Part shown: positions 18,543-28,762 of the stretch, in pieces
How the letters are laid out: every line of letters begins with the position of its first letter
How positions within the stretch are numbered: the stretch's first letter is position 1
Source of the DNA: Candidatus Staskawiczbacteria bacterium
Lineage (GTDB): Bacteria > Patescibacteriota > Minisyncoccia > Minisyncoccales > Staskawiczbacteraceae
NCBI GenBank assembly: GCA_903835075.1
Contig: CAILLM010000005.1
Location: 1-54,449 of the forward strand
DNA length: 54,449 nt
Direction: 5' to 3'
Notes under the pieces: generated by a model
Seen by the model: only the letters and a program-made list of their open reading frames with translations
What the model was told of the DNA's origin: nothing
The model's database searches: none
Position numbers and translations under genes: made by a program

Positions 18543-20444
18543 TTAATAATTAATCATTTTAGCTTCAGTGGCATGGCCCTCTTCATCTTCCGAGTCATCA
18601 GATTCGTCCTGAGTTGCATCGAAGGATTCATCTATTTCTGATTTTAAAAATCCGCCGGCCTGCAGTTCCCAAAGTTTTTTATATAAACTCTTTTTATTTT
18701 TTAACAATTCATTGTGACTTCCTTGCTCAATTATTTTTCCATCATCAATAACAATTATCCTGTCCATTTTTTGAATAGTGCTAAGGCGGTGGGCGATTAT
18801 GATTGTAGTTTTATTTTTCATTAAAGTATTCAAGGCATCTTGAATTAAATGCTCAGAATTTGAATCTAAACTAGAGGTTGCTTCATCTAAAACTAATATT
18901 GGGGAATTTTTCAAAATTGCTCTTGCTATGGCAACGCGTTGCCTTTCTCCACCAGATAGTTTTATTCCACGCTCTCCAACAAAAGTTTCCAAACCATTTG
19001 GTAATTCTTTTATAAATTCGTCACAGTGAGCCAATTGAGCAGCTTTTTCAATTTGCTCTTTTGTTACACTCCTATTACCATAGGCAATATTTTCAGCTAA
19101 GGTTCTATGAAATAATATTGGGTCTTGAGGAACCATTGAAATATGTTTTCTTAAACTTTCTTGTGTTGTTTGTGAAATAGCTTGCCCATCAATTAAAATT
19201 TCTCCAGAAGAAGATGAATATAACCTTAAAAGCAATCTTACGAATGTTGTTTTCCCTGCACCCGATGGCCCAATTAAAGCAATTTTTTCACCAGCATTAA
19301 TTTTTAAATTTATGCCTTCTAAAACCTTCCTCCCTTGATTAAAACTAAAAGTAACATCTTTAAATTCTATTTCGCCTTTATCTGACACAATATCTTTTGC
19401 ACCAGGTATGTCCCTAATGTCGTGGGGGAGTAGCATAATCTCAACCATTTCTTTTGAATCAGCATAACCTTGATATAAATCTCTTACTAACCTAGTAAAA
19501 CCCCACAACTGGTTGATTATACTTAAAACATATGTTTGCAATAAAACAAATACACCGATTGTAATTAACCCTTGATCCCAATATTTGATTGCATAAAAAA
19601 ATAAAACAAATTCTATGGCAAAACTTAAAAAAGATTGGCCAGCCTCTACAACAGAGTCTAAATTCCATGCAAAGGTAATTATTTTTACCTGGTCATTGGT
19701 AACTTTTTTATAGCCATTAGATTCAAATTTATAACCATTAAAAAGCTGAACTGTATTTTGGTTTCCAATTGTATCAGCCAAAAATCCCGTAGCAACAGAG
19801 TCCATTGCAGCTGCTTTTATGTCATATTTTAATTTCCATCTTGAAAAGAAAATATTAAAAGATAAAAAAATCGCTGTCCAAACCAAAATAATTAATGCAA
19901 TCCATTTATTTACAAAAAAAACAACAATAAGTATTCCAACAACCCTTACTAATAGGGGCATTAAATTCCATAACAAGTCATCTGTCATCCTCTCAAAAGC
20001 CCTAGCAAATCTGTTTACTTTCTGAACAAGTGAGCCAGCAAAATTATTAACAAAAAATGAATATGAATGTTGCATCAAGTGGTCATAAGATTGCTGTTTC
20101 AAATTTGCCATTACTACGGGCTGATAATAATTATTATTAAAACTAGCAATACGATAAAAAGACCAATACAAAACATTAAAAAATAATACCCAAAAAACTA
20201 TGGCAAGTAGTTGGGGAGCTATTATCGACCTGCTTAGGTTAGATGAAATAATATCGAAAAACTGTTTGTAAAAAATTGGGATAATTATAGAAACAACATT
20301 CGCTAAAATAATACTGATAATTACGATAAATAGTTTCCATTTTTTAGGCTTTATTCCATTCCAAAAAGCACTGATTACTTCTTTCAACCCCACCTTTGGA
20401 TAAATAATGCCTCCTTGCACTTTTTGTTTTTTTTCTTTTTCCAT
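18543..20444 (-). CDS. ABC transporter, fused permease/ATPase (exporter type)
   Basis: TM domain plus GPSGAGKT, LSGGERQR, LVLDEATS. Confidence 0.95.
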   Translation of the reverse strand: MEKEKKQKVQGGIIYPKVGLKEVISAFWNGIKPKKWKLFIVIISIILANVVSIIIPIFYKQFFDIISSNLSRSIIAPQLLAIVFWVLFFNVLYWSFYRIASFNNNYYQPVVMANLKQQSYDHLMQHSYSFFVNNFAGSLVQKVNRFARAFERMTDDLLWNLMPLLVRVVGILIVVFFVNKWIALIILVWTAIFLSFNIFFSRWKLKYDIKAAAMDSVATGFLADTIGNQNTVQLFNGYKFESNGYKKVTNDQVKIITFAWNLDSVVEAGQSFLSFAIEFVLFFYAIKYWDQGLITIGVFVLLQTYVLSIINQLWGFTRLVRDLYQGYADSKEMVEIMLLPHDIRDIPGAKDIVSDKGEIEFKDVTFSFNQGRKVLEGINLKINAGEKIALIGPSGAGKTTFVRLLLRLYSSSSGEILIDGQAISQTTQESLRKHISMVPQDPILFHRTLAENIAYGNRSVTKEQIEKAAQLAHCDEFIKELPNGLETFVGERGIKLSGGERQRVAIARAILKNSPILVLDEATSSLDSNSEHLIQDALNTLMKNKTTIIIAHRLSTIQKMDRIIVIDDGKIIEQGSHNELLKNKKSLYKKLWELQAGGFLKSEIDESFDATQDESDDSEDEEGHATEAKMINY

Positions 20445-20461
20445 TATTTTTAATTTTTAAT

Positions 20462-22351
20462 TTACCAACCACCTCCGCCACCTCCGCCACCTCCGCCACC
20501 AGACATACCCCCGCCACTAAAACCAGATGAAGAGGAAGGAGAAGATGTAATTTCAGATATATTTGAACTGATACTGTCTAACTGACTTGTGAAACTATCA
20601 ATACTGAAGTTGGTTGGCATTGTACCCGCAAACCAAATTGGATGATAACTCTTAAAATAGTCCTCTCCATAAATTAATTGCATCTTCTTTGCCCATAGCT
20701 CGGCAATTCCAAAAACAATTGCATAGGGTAAAAATTTATCAAAGATATTTTCTTTTTCATAAAATTGCTGGCGATAGTTTTCTGCTGTTTTCATATATAG
20801 CTCAAAACCTTTTATCTTAAACAACAAATCTACCCCCGCTTGTGTACGCTTAGGCATAAAAATAGCAAACAAAATCAAAATTATTCCCGATAATATAACG
20901 CTAAAAAACATCTGCCAAGACTGAAAAAAAGCGCCCGCCCAAACAGAAGCCCAAATAAAAATAGCTCCTGTAGACATAAAACTAACTGCGTATTTATTTC
21001 CTGCTTTTATAACCCACCCCTTGCTTGAAGCTTCTTCGGTTGCTGATTCTATTATTCCTGATAATTTCAAGCTAAAACTATTTTTTAGGCTAGATAGTTT
21101 TACTGTATCTTTTTCCTTGGTGACTTCTTCCTCTGAGAGCATTCCCGATTTTGCTATAATCTTTTTGAAAGATTTACCGAATATTCCGCTCGATAAATTT
21201 TTCATAACTTGTTTGGCTGTATTAAAATCCATTTCTTGAAATAAAGCATCTAATATGGCTTTTTCTGTTGGTGTCACCTTATTTAAGTCATAATTTTCTG
21301 TATTTTTTTTCAATACAATATCTTTGCCTCCAAGAATTATCCCTTTATTTTCTGTTTGTTCAATAGTAATGAACTTTCTTACCGCTAAATCTACAATTGT
21401 AGCTGTTAAAAAAGTATTTTTCCATTTCCCATGACCTAAAACCATACCCATTTGTATTGGCGTTATATTGTCGGGTATTCCAAACTCAGGCGGTATTGGT
21501 TTTTTCATTTTTGGATCTTTGCCATATTTTCTCCATTTGTTGAATGCAAAAATAAAAATTGCAAAAGGGATTAAAAAAAATACATAGCTAAAATAATCTG
21601 CATATTTTTCTAAAAATGTAGGCACATATGGCACAAAAATATTTTTAGGAAATGCCACAGAAACAGTAAGCCCTTGCCCTGGCGTAAAAATAGGTGACTG
21701 GTAATCAACGGGGGAGACAAAATTTAAGGCATTGTTAGAATCCCAAGAATATGTTGCCAAATATTTATCTTTTGATCCCACCATACCAGTGTAATAATCC
21801 ACTGTTGAATTGCTACTGTTTACTTCAGGTGGAAATGTTATATGTGCTGAAAAATTATCTATATCAATGTCCCAAAAATTTCCCGAAAAATTCCAATAAA
21901 GTTCATCAAAGTCCTTGTTGCCAAATCTAATTGCGTTTTTAACTTTGTAAGTAATTTTGTAATTATTAACACCTGTTACAACAATATCTGGGTCACCAAT
22001 TTTCCAAGTAACAGTATGGTTGGAGTTATTATTTATAATCTCATACTTATACGGTTTCCCATTAAAATCTGTGATACTTACCAAATCAATTGGACTTTTA
22101 AATATTCCTTTGTCTGTATTTATTTGTGTTGGCAAAACTCTAAAGATCCCGTGTTTATTCAGCAAATCTCCACAATCAGCAGTAATATTCTCTGTGATAA
22201 CCAAAGAAGAGTCTTTGTTAACCACAACATTTGTTTCAAAATTTTGTATATACCAATCTGTAATGTTTTGGACATCTCTTGCTTTTGCAATTTGTCCAAA
22301 AAATAAAAATGCTACCACTAACAAAAATGCACATAAATACTTTTTACTCAT
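20462..22351 (-). CDS. DUF2207 family membrane protein
   Basis: Signal peptide, ELYWN, ATIVDLAVR, LPYAIVFG, C-terminal GGGGGGGW. Confidence 0.9.
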   Translation of the reverse strand: MSKKYLCAFLLVVAFLFFGQIAKARDVQNITDWYIQNFETNVVVNKDSSLVITENITADCGDLLNKHGIFRVLPTQINTDKGIFKSPIDLVSITDFNGKPYKYEIINNNSNHTVTWKIGDPDIVVTGVNNYKITYKVKNAIRFGNKDFDELYWNFSGNFWDIDIDNFSAHITFPPEVNSSNSTVDYYTGMVGSKDKYLATYSWDSNNALNFVSPVDYQSPIFTPGQGLTVSVAFPKNIFVPYVPTFLEKYADYFSYVFFLIPFAIFIFAFNKWRKYGKDPKMKKPIPPEFGIPDNITPIQMGMVLGHGKWKNTFLTATIVDLAVRKFITIEQTENKGIILGGKDIVLKKNTENYDLNKVTPTEKAILDALFQEMDFNTAKQVMKNLSSGIFGKSFKKIIAKSGMLSEEEVTKEKDTVKLSSLKNSFSLKLSGIIESATEEASSKGWVIKAGNKYAVSFMSTGAIFIWASVWAGAFFQSWQMFFSVILSGIILILFAIFMPKRTQAGVDLLFKIKGFELYMKTAENYRQQFYEKENIFDKFLPYAIVFGIAELWAKKMQLIYGEDYFKSYHPIWFAGTMPTNFSIDSFTSQLDSISSNISEITSSPSSSSGFSGGGMSGGGGGGGGGGGW

Positions 22352-22391
22352 ATTAATTTAAAATTTAGTTATTTTTGTCATTTGAATTTTG

Positions 22392-22462
22392 TGGACCCAG
22401 CGAGAGTCGAACTCGCGTTTCAGCAATGCGAATGCCGCGTCTTACCACTGGACCATGGGCCC
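22392..22462 (-). tRNA. tRNA-Ala(CGC)
   Basis: Cloverleaf, anticodon loop TTCGCAT, G3:U70 identity pair, GTTCGAC T loop; no CCA. Confidence 0.93.
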
Positions 22463-22466
22463 TAAT

Positions 22467-23186
22467 TTATTTTTTAAAATCTTGTGCAGCCATTTTATCT
22501 AATATAACAATAACATTTTTATGCCTTTGCAAAATAGAAGCTGGAACTTTTGTAGATACTGAACCAAAAAGAGCATCATAAACTATTTTACTTTTATTCT
22601 CGCCGTTGATTATCAAAATAATCTGCCTAGCCTCCATAATTGTTTTAATCCCCATTGTCACAGCTTTTTTAGGGACACTTTCTGTATCCTTGAAGAATCT
22701 GGCATTATATTCTATTGTAGTCTTTGCTAGAAATATTTCTCTGGTTCTAGAAGAGAATTTTGCGTTTGGCTCATTAAATGCAATATGCCCGTTTCTACCA
22801 ATTCCCAAAATCTGCAAATCTATTCCTCCAAATAATTTTATTTTTTTATCATAATTTTTATAATTGGGCTTAAAATCCGTGGGGAAAAAAGTATTTTTGA
22901 CATCTATGTCTATTTTGGAAAATAAATTTTTCCACATAAAATAGCGATAGCTATTTTCGTCAGTGGGGGACAGGCTTAAATATTCATCCAAATTAAAAGT
23001 TTTTATTTTTTTGAAACTTATTTCTTTTTTCTTAAATTTACCCACCAAATTATTATATAATTTCAGCGGAGTTGAGCCAGTTGACAGCCCAAGTATGGCT
23101 GTTGGCCTTTTCTTTAGTAGCGTAGTTATAATATCAGAAGCACGTTTTGAAACATCATTATAATTTTTTTCAATATATATTTCCAT
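22467..23186 (-). CDS. nagB: glucosamine-6-phosphate deaminase
   Basis: LGLSTGSTP, TFNLDEY, GIGRNGHIAFNEP, VPASILQRH. Confidence 0.95.
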   Translation of the reverse strand: MEIYIEKNYNDVSKRASDIITTLLKKRPTAILGLSTGSTPLKLYNNLVGKFKKKEISFKKIKTFNLDEYLSLSPTDENSYRYFMWKNLFSKIDIDVKNTFFPTDFKPNYKNYDKKIKLFGGIDLQILGIGRNGHIAFNEPNAKFSSRTREIFLAKTTIEYNARFFKDTESVPKKAVTMGIKTIMEARQIILIINGENKSKIVYDALFGSVSTKVPASILQRHKNVIVILDKMAAQDFKK

Positions 23187-23629
23187 TATTTACGTAACAT
23201 GAAAAATATTTTCATTATGCGAGTTACCACAAAAATTACCAACACCTCTATTGTAGTGTATGCCACGTCTGACAACGTGCTTACATGATATCCTTCTTTT
23301 GAAAAACTAAAATAATCATGCCCAAAAAAATTGACCGCATATAAAATTGTCGTTAAAACTATCCAGGCATAAACAAAGAATTCGCCTTGGTGTATGCTTT
23401 TCTTTTCGCCCAGCCATCGTACAAACTCTTTATGCAAAGAATAAATAATAACAACTGTTAAATAAAAAAACCCAATTTCTGTGGGCAAAAAACTTCCACG
23501 AGAAATAAAGTTTGTAACCATTAGGGCCATAGTTACTACTGTGACAATTGAACTAATAATAAAAAGATTTTGGCTTATAATAGCTTCCACCTTTCTAACC
23601 TCTTTTACTTTTTTATCATTTGTATCCAT
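23186..23629 (-). CDS. hypothetical membrane protein (about 4 TM)
   Basis: Hydrophobic segments; stop overlaps the nagB start. Confidence 0.7.
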   Translation of the reverse strand: MDTNDKKVKEVRKVEAIISQNLFIISSIVTVVTMALMVTNFISRGSFLPTEIGFFYLTVVIIYSLHKEFVRWLGEKKSIHQGEFFVYAWIVLTTILYAVNFFGHDYFSFSKEGYHVSTLSDVAYTTIEVLVIFVVTRIMKIFFMLRK

Positions 23630-23658
23630 AAATTTAAAAACTTTTAATTTTAAATATG

Positions 23659-23729
23659 TCGGGGAACCGGGACTCGAACCCGGGCTAAATCGTCCCGAAC
23701 GACTCGTGCGACCACTACACTATTCCCCG
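23659..23729 (-). tRNA. tRNA-Pro(CGG)
   Basis: CGGGGAA/TTCCCCG acceptor stem, anticodon loop TTCGGGA, GGTTCGAGTCC. Confidence 0.93.
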
Positions 23730-23733
23730 GATT

Positions 23734-25182
23734 TTACCTAACCCAATATTTTTGTTTTGCAGATTCATCTTCTTTGTTTTGAACTTCAAATTTTTCTTCT
23801 TTAGATTTTTCAGCCAAAGTTTGCAATTCCTTTTCGCTCAATTCAGCCAATTTTTTAGATTCTTTTTCCAAAAATTCTTTTGTATTTTTCTTGGGGTCAT
23901 CCAAAACATAACTCAAGAGAATATCTAAAATTTGTCCAATTTTTGGCCCTGGTCTTACGCCCAAAACAGACATCAAATTATTTCCATTTATTTTTAGCAT
24001 CTTAACAGAAATAGGGTCTTTTGAAACCTTCTCAACTAAATATTTTAAATGGCGCAATTTATATGGTTCAGCTTTTGGAACCCCAGAACCAATTCTATCT
24101 GCCTGCCTTACTTGCAACAATTCTTCCATATTTTCTGGGCCAACATTTTTAACCAGCCTTCGTACCGAAGCCTCTCCAACCTCATCTACATTATAATAGA
24201 AGAGATGATATCTTACTAACTTTGTAATTTTTTCAATTTCTTTTTTTGAAAACTTTAAATTATTTAAAATTTGGAAACACATTCTTGCCCCAATCATTTC
24301 ATGATTATAAAAAGTTGCACCTTCTCCTTCACCAACTTTTGATCTTGGCTTACCAATGTCGTGCAACAGGGAAGCGATTCTCACATACATATTTAATTTT
24401 TTCTTTGCAGTAAATTCTAATGCCTTTATTGCATGCATATAACAATCATAAATATGGTGTTTATTTTGTGCCACCCCATAATTTTCCAATAACTCAGGAA
24501 TTATATATTTCAGCAATTCCAATTCGCGCAACAACTCAACACCCTCGGCCGCTTTATCAGCCATAATTATTTTTATAAATTCATCACGAATTCTTTCTTT
24601 TGAAACAGCCTCTAGCCAAATGCTATTTTTTTTAATTGCTTCTGCAGTTTTTTCTTCAATTGTAAAATCTAAAGTTGTAGCAAACCTTACGGCCCTTAAC
24701 ATTCTTAAAGCATCTTCATTAAACCTTTCGTTAGGATTACCAACAGTTCTAATAATTTTATTTTTTAAATCTTCTTGTCCTTCAAACAAATCAACTATTT
24801 TCTTTTTGCCATCCATAGCAACTGCGTTAACCGTAAAATCCCGACGAGATAAGTCATCTTCAATGTTCTGGGCATATTGTACTTCGTCGGGATGCCTTTT
24901 GTCAGAATATTCTGCTTCAAATCTATAGGTAGTAATTTCTATTTCAGCTAATTTTTCGTTTTTACTACCAGTTTTGGCGGTTACAGTTAAAAAGTTGTTT
25001 TCATAAAAACTATCGGGAAATATTTCCTGTATTTCTTCGGGCTTGGCATTAGTTGTTACATCCCAGTCTTTAGGCTCTGCCCCAAGCAAAAAATCACGTA
25101 CGCATCCGCCCACAATATATGCTTCAAAACCAGCTTTTTCAAGCTTTCCAATTATATTTTTAACTTCTTTAGGAATAATCAT
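23734..25182 (-). CDS. cca: CCA tRNA nucleotidyltransferase with HD domain
   Basis: VGGCVRD, DWDVTT, DLSRRDFTVNA, EDALRMLRAVRF, LLHDIGK. Confidence 0.92.
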   Translation of the reverse strand: MIIPKEVKNIIGKLEKAGFEAYIVGGCVRDFLLGAEPKDWDVTTNAKPEEIQEIFPDSFYENNFLTVTAKTGSKNEKLAEIEITTYRFEAEYSDKRHPDEVQYAQNIEDDLSRRDFTVNAVAMDGKKKIVDLFEGQEDLKNKIIRTVGNPNERFNEDALRMLRAVRFATTLDFTIEEKTAEAIKKNSIWLEAVSKERIRDEFIKIIMADKAAEGVELLRELELLKYIIPELLENYGVAQNKHHIYDCYMHAIKALEFTAKKKLNMYVRIASLLHDIGKPRSKVGEGEGATFYNHEMIGARMCFQILNNLKFSKKEIEKITKLVRYHLFYYNVDEVGEASVRRLVKNVGPENMEELLQVRQADRIGSGVPKAEPYKLRHLKYLVEKVSKDPISVKMLKINGNNLMSVLGVRPGPKIGQILDILLSYVLDDPKKNTKEFLEKESKKLAELSEKELQTLAEKSKEEKFEVQNKEDESAKQKYWVR

Positions 25183-25282
25183 CTCTATATATATGTATTT
25201 AGATATATTAGCTCAAATCTTGTGTTTTTTCAATTTTTTATGTAAAATATGCTAAACAATAATATAATTATCATTTGCAAAA

Positions 25283-25621
25283 ATGTCATCAGAAATAAGC
25301 AAAAAAGAGGTAAAAGCCTCTGGAGTAAAGTTTTTTATTGAAAAAGAGGGCAAAGAAGTTGCCCGCGCTTTTTTATATATAATGAGCAATGATTTAAAAA
25401 AAGAGCCGTTTGGGCTATTAGAGGATTTATTTGTTGATGAAAGCTTGAGGGGTCAAGGAATTGGCACAGAACTTTTAAATATAGTTATTTCTGAAGCAAA
25501 AAATCTTAACTGTTATAAACTTATTGCCACCAGTCGGCATGAAAGGGAAGGAGTACACAGAATGTATGAAAAAGCTGGTTTTGAAAAATTTGGAATAGAA
25601 TTTAAAATGTATTTTAAATAA
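25283..25621 (+). CDS. GNAT family N-acetyltransferase
   Basis: LFVDESLRGQGIGTELL acetyl-CoA motif; YEKAGF. Confidence 0.9.
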   Translation: MSSEISKKEVKASGVKFFIEKEGKEVARAFLYIMSNDLKKEPFGLLEDLFVDESLRGQGIGTELLNIVISEAKNLNCYKLIATSRHEREGVHRMYEKAGFEKFGIEFKMYFK

Positions 25622-25625
25622 CAAT

Positions 25626-26624
25626 ATGACAGATAAAAAACAAAAAATTGTTACTATTGGCGGAGGCTCGGGAAGCTTTGTGGTTTTAACGGGTTTAAAG
25701 AAATATCCCGTTGATTTAGCGGCCGTGGTTACTATGTCTGACGATGGTGGTTCTACTGGCGCCCTAAGAGATGAGCTTGGTGTTTTGCCACCAGGTGATG
25801 TAAGGCAATGCTTGGTTGCACTTTCATATTCTAGTAAAACTTTAAGAGAGTTGTTTAATTATAGATATGGTGCTGGCGGCTTGATGGGACATAGTTTTGG
25901 TAACATTTTTATATCTACATTAGAAAAAATCACGGGTGGGTTTGACACTGCGCTAATAGAGGCTAGCAGAATTCTAAGAATTAAAGGATATGTTTTGCCA
26001 GTTACATTAAAAAGTACACGACTTATAGCATCACTAAAAAATGGGGAAAAGCTTGTTGGCGAAAAAAATATTGATTGTTGTGAAAGTAATTTTCACGATA
26101 TAAAAAAACTATATTTAAAACCTCAAGCAAGATTAAATCCTAAAATTTTCCAATTTATAAAAGAAGCAGATAAAATAATTATCAACCCAGGGAGCTTATA
26201 CTCAAGCTTACTGCCAAACTTTTTGGTTCAAGGATTGCCCGAAGCTCTTGCAAGGTCTAAAGCAAAAATTATATGTGTTGCTAATTTAATGAATAAAGAC
26301 TGCCAAACTAATAACTTTACTTTAAATGAATATATTTCTGCATTAGAAAAATACCTAGGGAAAAACATCATTAAATATGTTATTTACAATACAGAAATCC
26401 CAGAAAAAAGATTAATAAAAAAATATGCCGAGAAGGGGGAAAAGCTTATGAGAATTGAGGAGCATCCAGGAGACTTAGAAAAAATGACAAACATTAAATT
26501 TTTAGGTCACAAGTTGTTAAGTCACAAAGTCATCAAAGCCGACAAAAATGACGCTGTGGCAAAAGAAAGGTCTTTAGTTAGACACGACTCAGCAAAATTA
26601 GCCAAAATAATCTATAATATATAG
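25626..26624 (+). CDS. yvcK: YvcK/GlmR (UPF0052) UDP-GlcNAc-binding protein
   Basis: IGGGSG, DDGGSTG, LPPGDVR, GHSFGN, PGSLYSS, RHD. Confidence 0.92.
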   Translation: MTDKKQKIVTIGGGSGSFVVLTGLKKYPVDLAAVVTMSDDGGSTGALRDELGVLPPGDVRQCLVALSYSSKTLRELFNYRYGAGGLMGHSFGNIFISTLEKITGGFDTALIEASRILRIKGYVLPVTLKSTRLIASLKNGEKLVGEKNIDCCESNFHDIKKLYLKPQARLNPKIFQFIKEADKIIINPGSLYSSLLPNFLVQGLPEALARSKAKIICVANLMNKDCQTNNFTLNEYISALEKYLGKNIIKYVIYNTEIPEKRLIKKYAEKGEKLMRIEEHPGDLEKMTNIKFLGHKLLSHKVIKADKNDAVAKERSLVRHDSAKLAKIIYNI

Positions 26625-26630
26625 AAGCAC

Positions 26631-27248
26631 ATGATTTTACTTTTTGATTTAGACCACGTTTTGTTAGATATTGAACGCTTTAAAAAAGATAAAAGTGAAA
26701 TTTTTGGCTTAACCAAAGAAGAAAATGAAAGGCAGGGCTATGAGCTTTTTAAAAAACATGGCGTTGGATATAACCCATATAAGCACATAAAATTTTTAAA
26801 AGAATCTGGCCATATAAAAACCGACGAGGAAGAAAAATATATTACAGAAAAATTTCAAGAAATAGTAAAAAATACCGATGACTATTTATTTTCTGGAGCA
26901 GAAGACACTTTAGCCTATTTAAAAAACAAAGGTTACAAAATGATATTAATGACTTTTGGAGACCCCCAAATGCAACAACCAAAAGTTGATAATTCTCGAA
27001 TAAAAAAATATTTTGAAAAAATAATATACGAAGAAAAGGGGAAGGCTCAAAGTGATTTTCTTAAAAGTTTAACAGATTCAAAAGAAGAGGTGATGATTAT
27101 AGAAGATAGGGGAGAGCAGTCTGTGGCAATGCAAAAAGCCGTTGGCAACCACGCTAAAATATTCTTAGTTGAAGGGCCATTTTCAAGTGACACAGAACAC
27201 GGCGAAGAAATACATAAAAGCGTAAATGAGCTCAAAGACATTCTGTAA
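26631..27248 (+). CDS. HAD-superfamily hydrolase
   Basis: LFDLDHVL motif I, MTFG motif II, IIEDR. Confidence 0.8.
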   Translation: MILLFDLDHVLLDIERFKKDKSEIFGLTKEENERQGYELFKKHGVGYNPYKHIKFLKESGHIKTDEEEKYITEKFQEIVKNTDDYLFSGAEDTLAYLKNKGYKMILMTFGDPQMQQPKVDNSRIKKYFEKIIYEEKGKAQSDFLKSLTDSKEEVMIIEDRGEQSVAMQKAVGNHAKIFLVEGPFSSDTEHGEEIHKSVNELKDIL

Positions 27249-27296
27249 AATTGTTTTTTTAGGCTTTTTAGGTTAAAATAACAATAAGTTAATTTT

Positions 27297-27369
27297 GCCC
27301 TCGTGGTGAAATCGGATATCACACTTGGCTTCGAACCAAGAATTCCGGGTTCGAGTCCTGGCGAGGGCA
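27297..27369 (+). tRNA. tRNA-Arg(TCG)
   Basis: GCCCTCG/CGAGGGC stem, anticodon arm CTTGG-CTTCGAA-CCAAG. Confidence 0.93.
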
Positions 27370-27370
27370 C

Positions 27371-27392
27371 ACTTCGACAAGTTCAGTGCAAG
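27371..27392 (+). repeat. REP-like element after tRNA-Arg
   Basis: ACTTCGACAAGTTCAGTGCAAG. Confidence 0.6.
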
Positions 27393-27410
27393 CCTAAATT
27401 TAAAAAATTT

Positions 27411-27791
27411 ATGAAAAAAATACTATCATCTCTGGCTATATTATTTTTATTATCAATAATCTTTGTGCCCACCTCAATTTATGCAGCAGACCAAGGATGG
27501 GTGACTTGTGGTAATGGAGACAACCCAACCCCCTGCACTTTGACTGATTTTCTAGATATGACTAAGAAAATTTTAGATTTTCTTGTAAACACGATAGCAG
27601 CACCACTAGCAGGAGTAGCAATTATAGTTGGGGGTATTCTTATGATGACTTCAGCTGGTAACCCAAATTTAATGGGCTTGGGAAAGAAAATTTTTTGGTC
27701 TGCAATTATAGGGCTAATATTAGCATTTGCTGCTAAGGCAATAATAAACTTTGTTCTAATTGCAATTGGTTGGCAAGGAGCCAAACTATAA
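27411..27791 (+). CDS. TrbC/VirB2-like pilin (CPR T4SS pilin type)
   Basis: Signal peptide ending IYA, C..C loop, two TMs linked by TSAGNP; start set after the tRNA. Confidence 0.75.
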   Translation: MKKILSSLAILFLLSIIFVPTSIYAADQGWVTCGNGDNPTPCTLTDFLDMTKKILDFLVNTIAAPLAGVAIIVGGILMMTSAGNPNLMGLGKKIFWSAIIGLILAFAAKAIINFVLIAIGWQGAKL

Positions 27792-27796
27792 AACTA

Positions 27797-27869
27797 GCCC
27801 CTATAGCTCAGCTGGTAGAGCAGTTGCCTCTTAAGCAATTGGTCACAGGTTCGAATCCTGTTGGGGGCA
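27797..27869 (+). tRNA. tRNA-Lys(CTT)
   Basis: TAGCTCAGCTGGTAGAGC D arm, anticodon loop CTCTTAA, GGTTCGAATCC. Confidence 0.95.
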
Positions 27870-27870
27870 C

Positions 27871-27891
27871 ACTTTGATAAGCTCAATGCAA
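27871..27891 (+). repeat. degenerate REP-like element after tRNA-Lys
   Basis: ACTTTGATAAGCTCAATGCAA. Confidence 0.5.
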
Positions 27892-27970
27892 AGCTTTACA
27901 AAACACTAAAAATAGAGTAAAATATACCTATTAATTAACTTAGACGCCGGAAGCGTTTAAACAAAGAAAA

Positions 27971-28240
27971 ATGGCATTAAACACCAAAGAAAAATCAAAA
28001 ATAATAAAAGACGTAGCAGTAAATGAAAAAGACACTGGGTCTTCAGAGGTTCAAATTGGCTTATTATCAAAAGCAATAGATAAGCTTGTTTTGCATTTAA
28101 AAAAACACCCACAAGATGTTCACTCCAAAAAAGGCTTGTTAACAATGGTTATTAAAAGAAAAAAATTACTAGCTTATTTAAAAAAGACTTCAGAAAAAAG
28201 ATACGCAGTTATAATCAAAAAAATAGGACTTAAAAAATAG
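27971..28240 (+). CDS. rpsO: 30S ribosomal protein S15
   Basis: DTGSSEVQI, HLKKHPQDVHS; upstream of pnp. Confidence 0.97.
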   Translation: MALNTKEKSKIIKDVAVNEKDTGSSEVQIGLLSKAIDKLVLHLKKHPQDVHSKKGLLTMVIKRKKLLAYLKKTSEKRYAVIIKKIGLKK

Positions 28241-28241
28241 A

Positions 28242-28745
28242 ATGCAGCCAAAACCAAAAGAGCAGAGGGTAGAAGTGCTAATAGATGTTCAAAACTTATA
28301 TTATTCAGCAAAAAATCTTTACCACTCAAAAGTTAATTTTCAGGAAGTTTTAAAACAAGCAGTAGCGGGCAGAAAGTTTATTAGAGCTTTTGGTTATGTT
28401 GTGCGCACAAAAACTGGCGAAGAAGCGCCATTTTTTGATGCTTTGAGTAAAATTGGAATTGAAACAAGAGTAAAAGATTTGCAGGAATTTTATGGCGGAG
28501 CTAAGAAAGCTGACTGGGATGTTGGAATTGTTATTGATGCAATTAGAACAGCTCCCGGGATTGACGTAGTAGTTTTAGTTTCTGGTGATGGTGACTTTAT
28601 TGCATTAGTAGAATATTTAAAAAATATGGGAAAGAGGGTAGAGGTGGCGGCTTTCGGCAGATCCACTTCTGGCAAACTAAAAGAATCCGCCGATGAATTT
28701 ATTGATTTAGACACTGGCGTTGAAAAATTCTTACTAAAGAAATAA
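28242..28745 (+). CDS. NYN domain (LabA/DUF88) protein
   Basis: IDVQNL, KADWDV, SGDGDF. Confidence 0.9.
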   Translation: MQPKPKEQRVEVLIDVQNLYYSAKNLYHSKVNFQEVLKQAVAGRKFIRAFGYVVRTKTGEEAPFFDALSKIGIETRVKDLQEFYGGAKKADWDVGIVIDAIRTAPGIDVVVLVSGDGDFIALVEYLKNMGKRVEVAAFGRSTSGKLKESADEFIDLDTGVEKFLLKK

Positions 28746-28762
28746 TGAAAATAAAATAAATA

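Noticed and set aside
20465-20520. CCACCTCCG tandem repeats
   Set aside because: Encode the normal poly-Gly tail of DUF2207 proteins
27303-27410. N-terminal extension of the pilin ORF
   Set aside because: Overlaps tRNA-Arg; the signal peptide begins at ATG 27411
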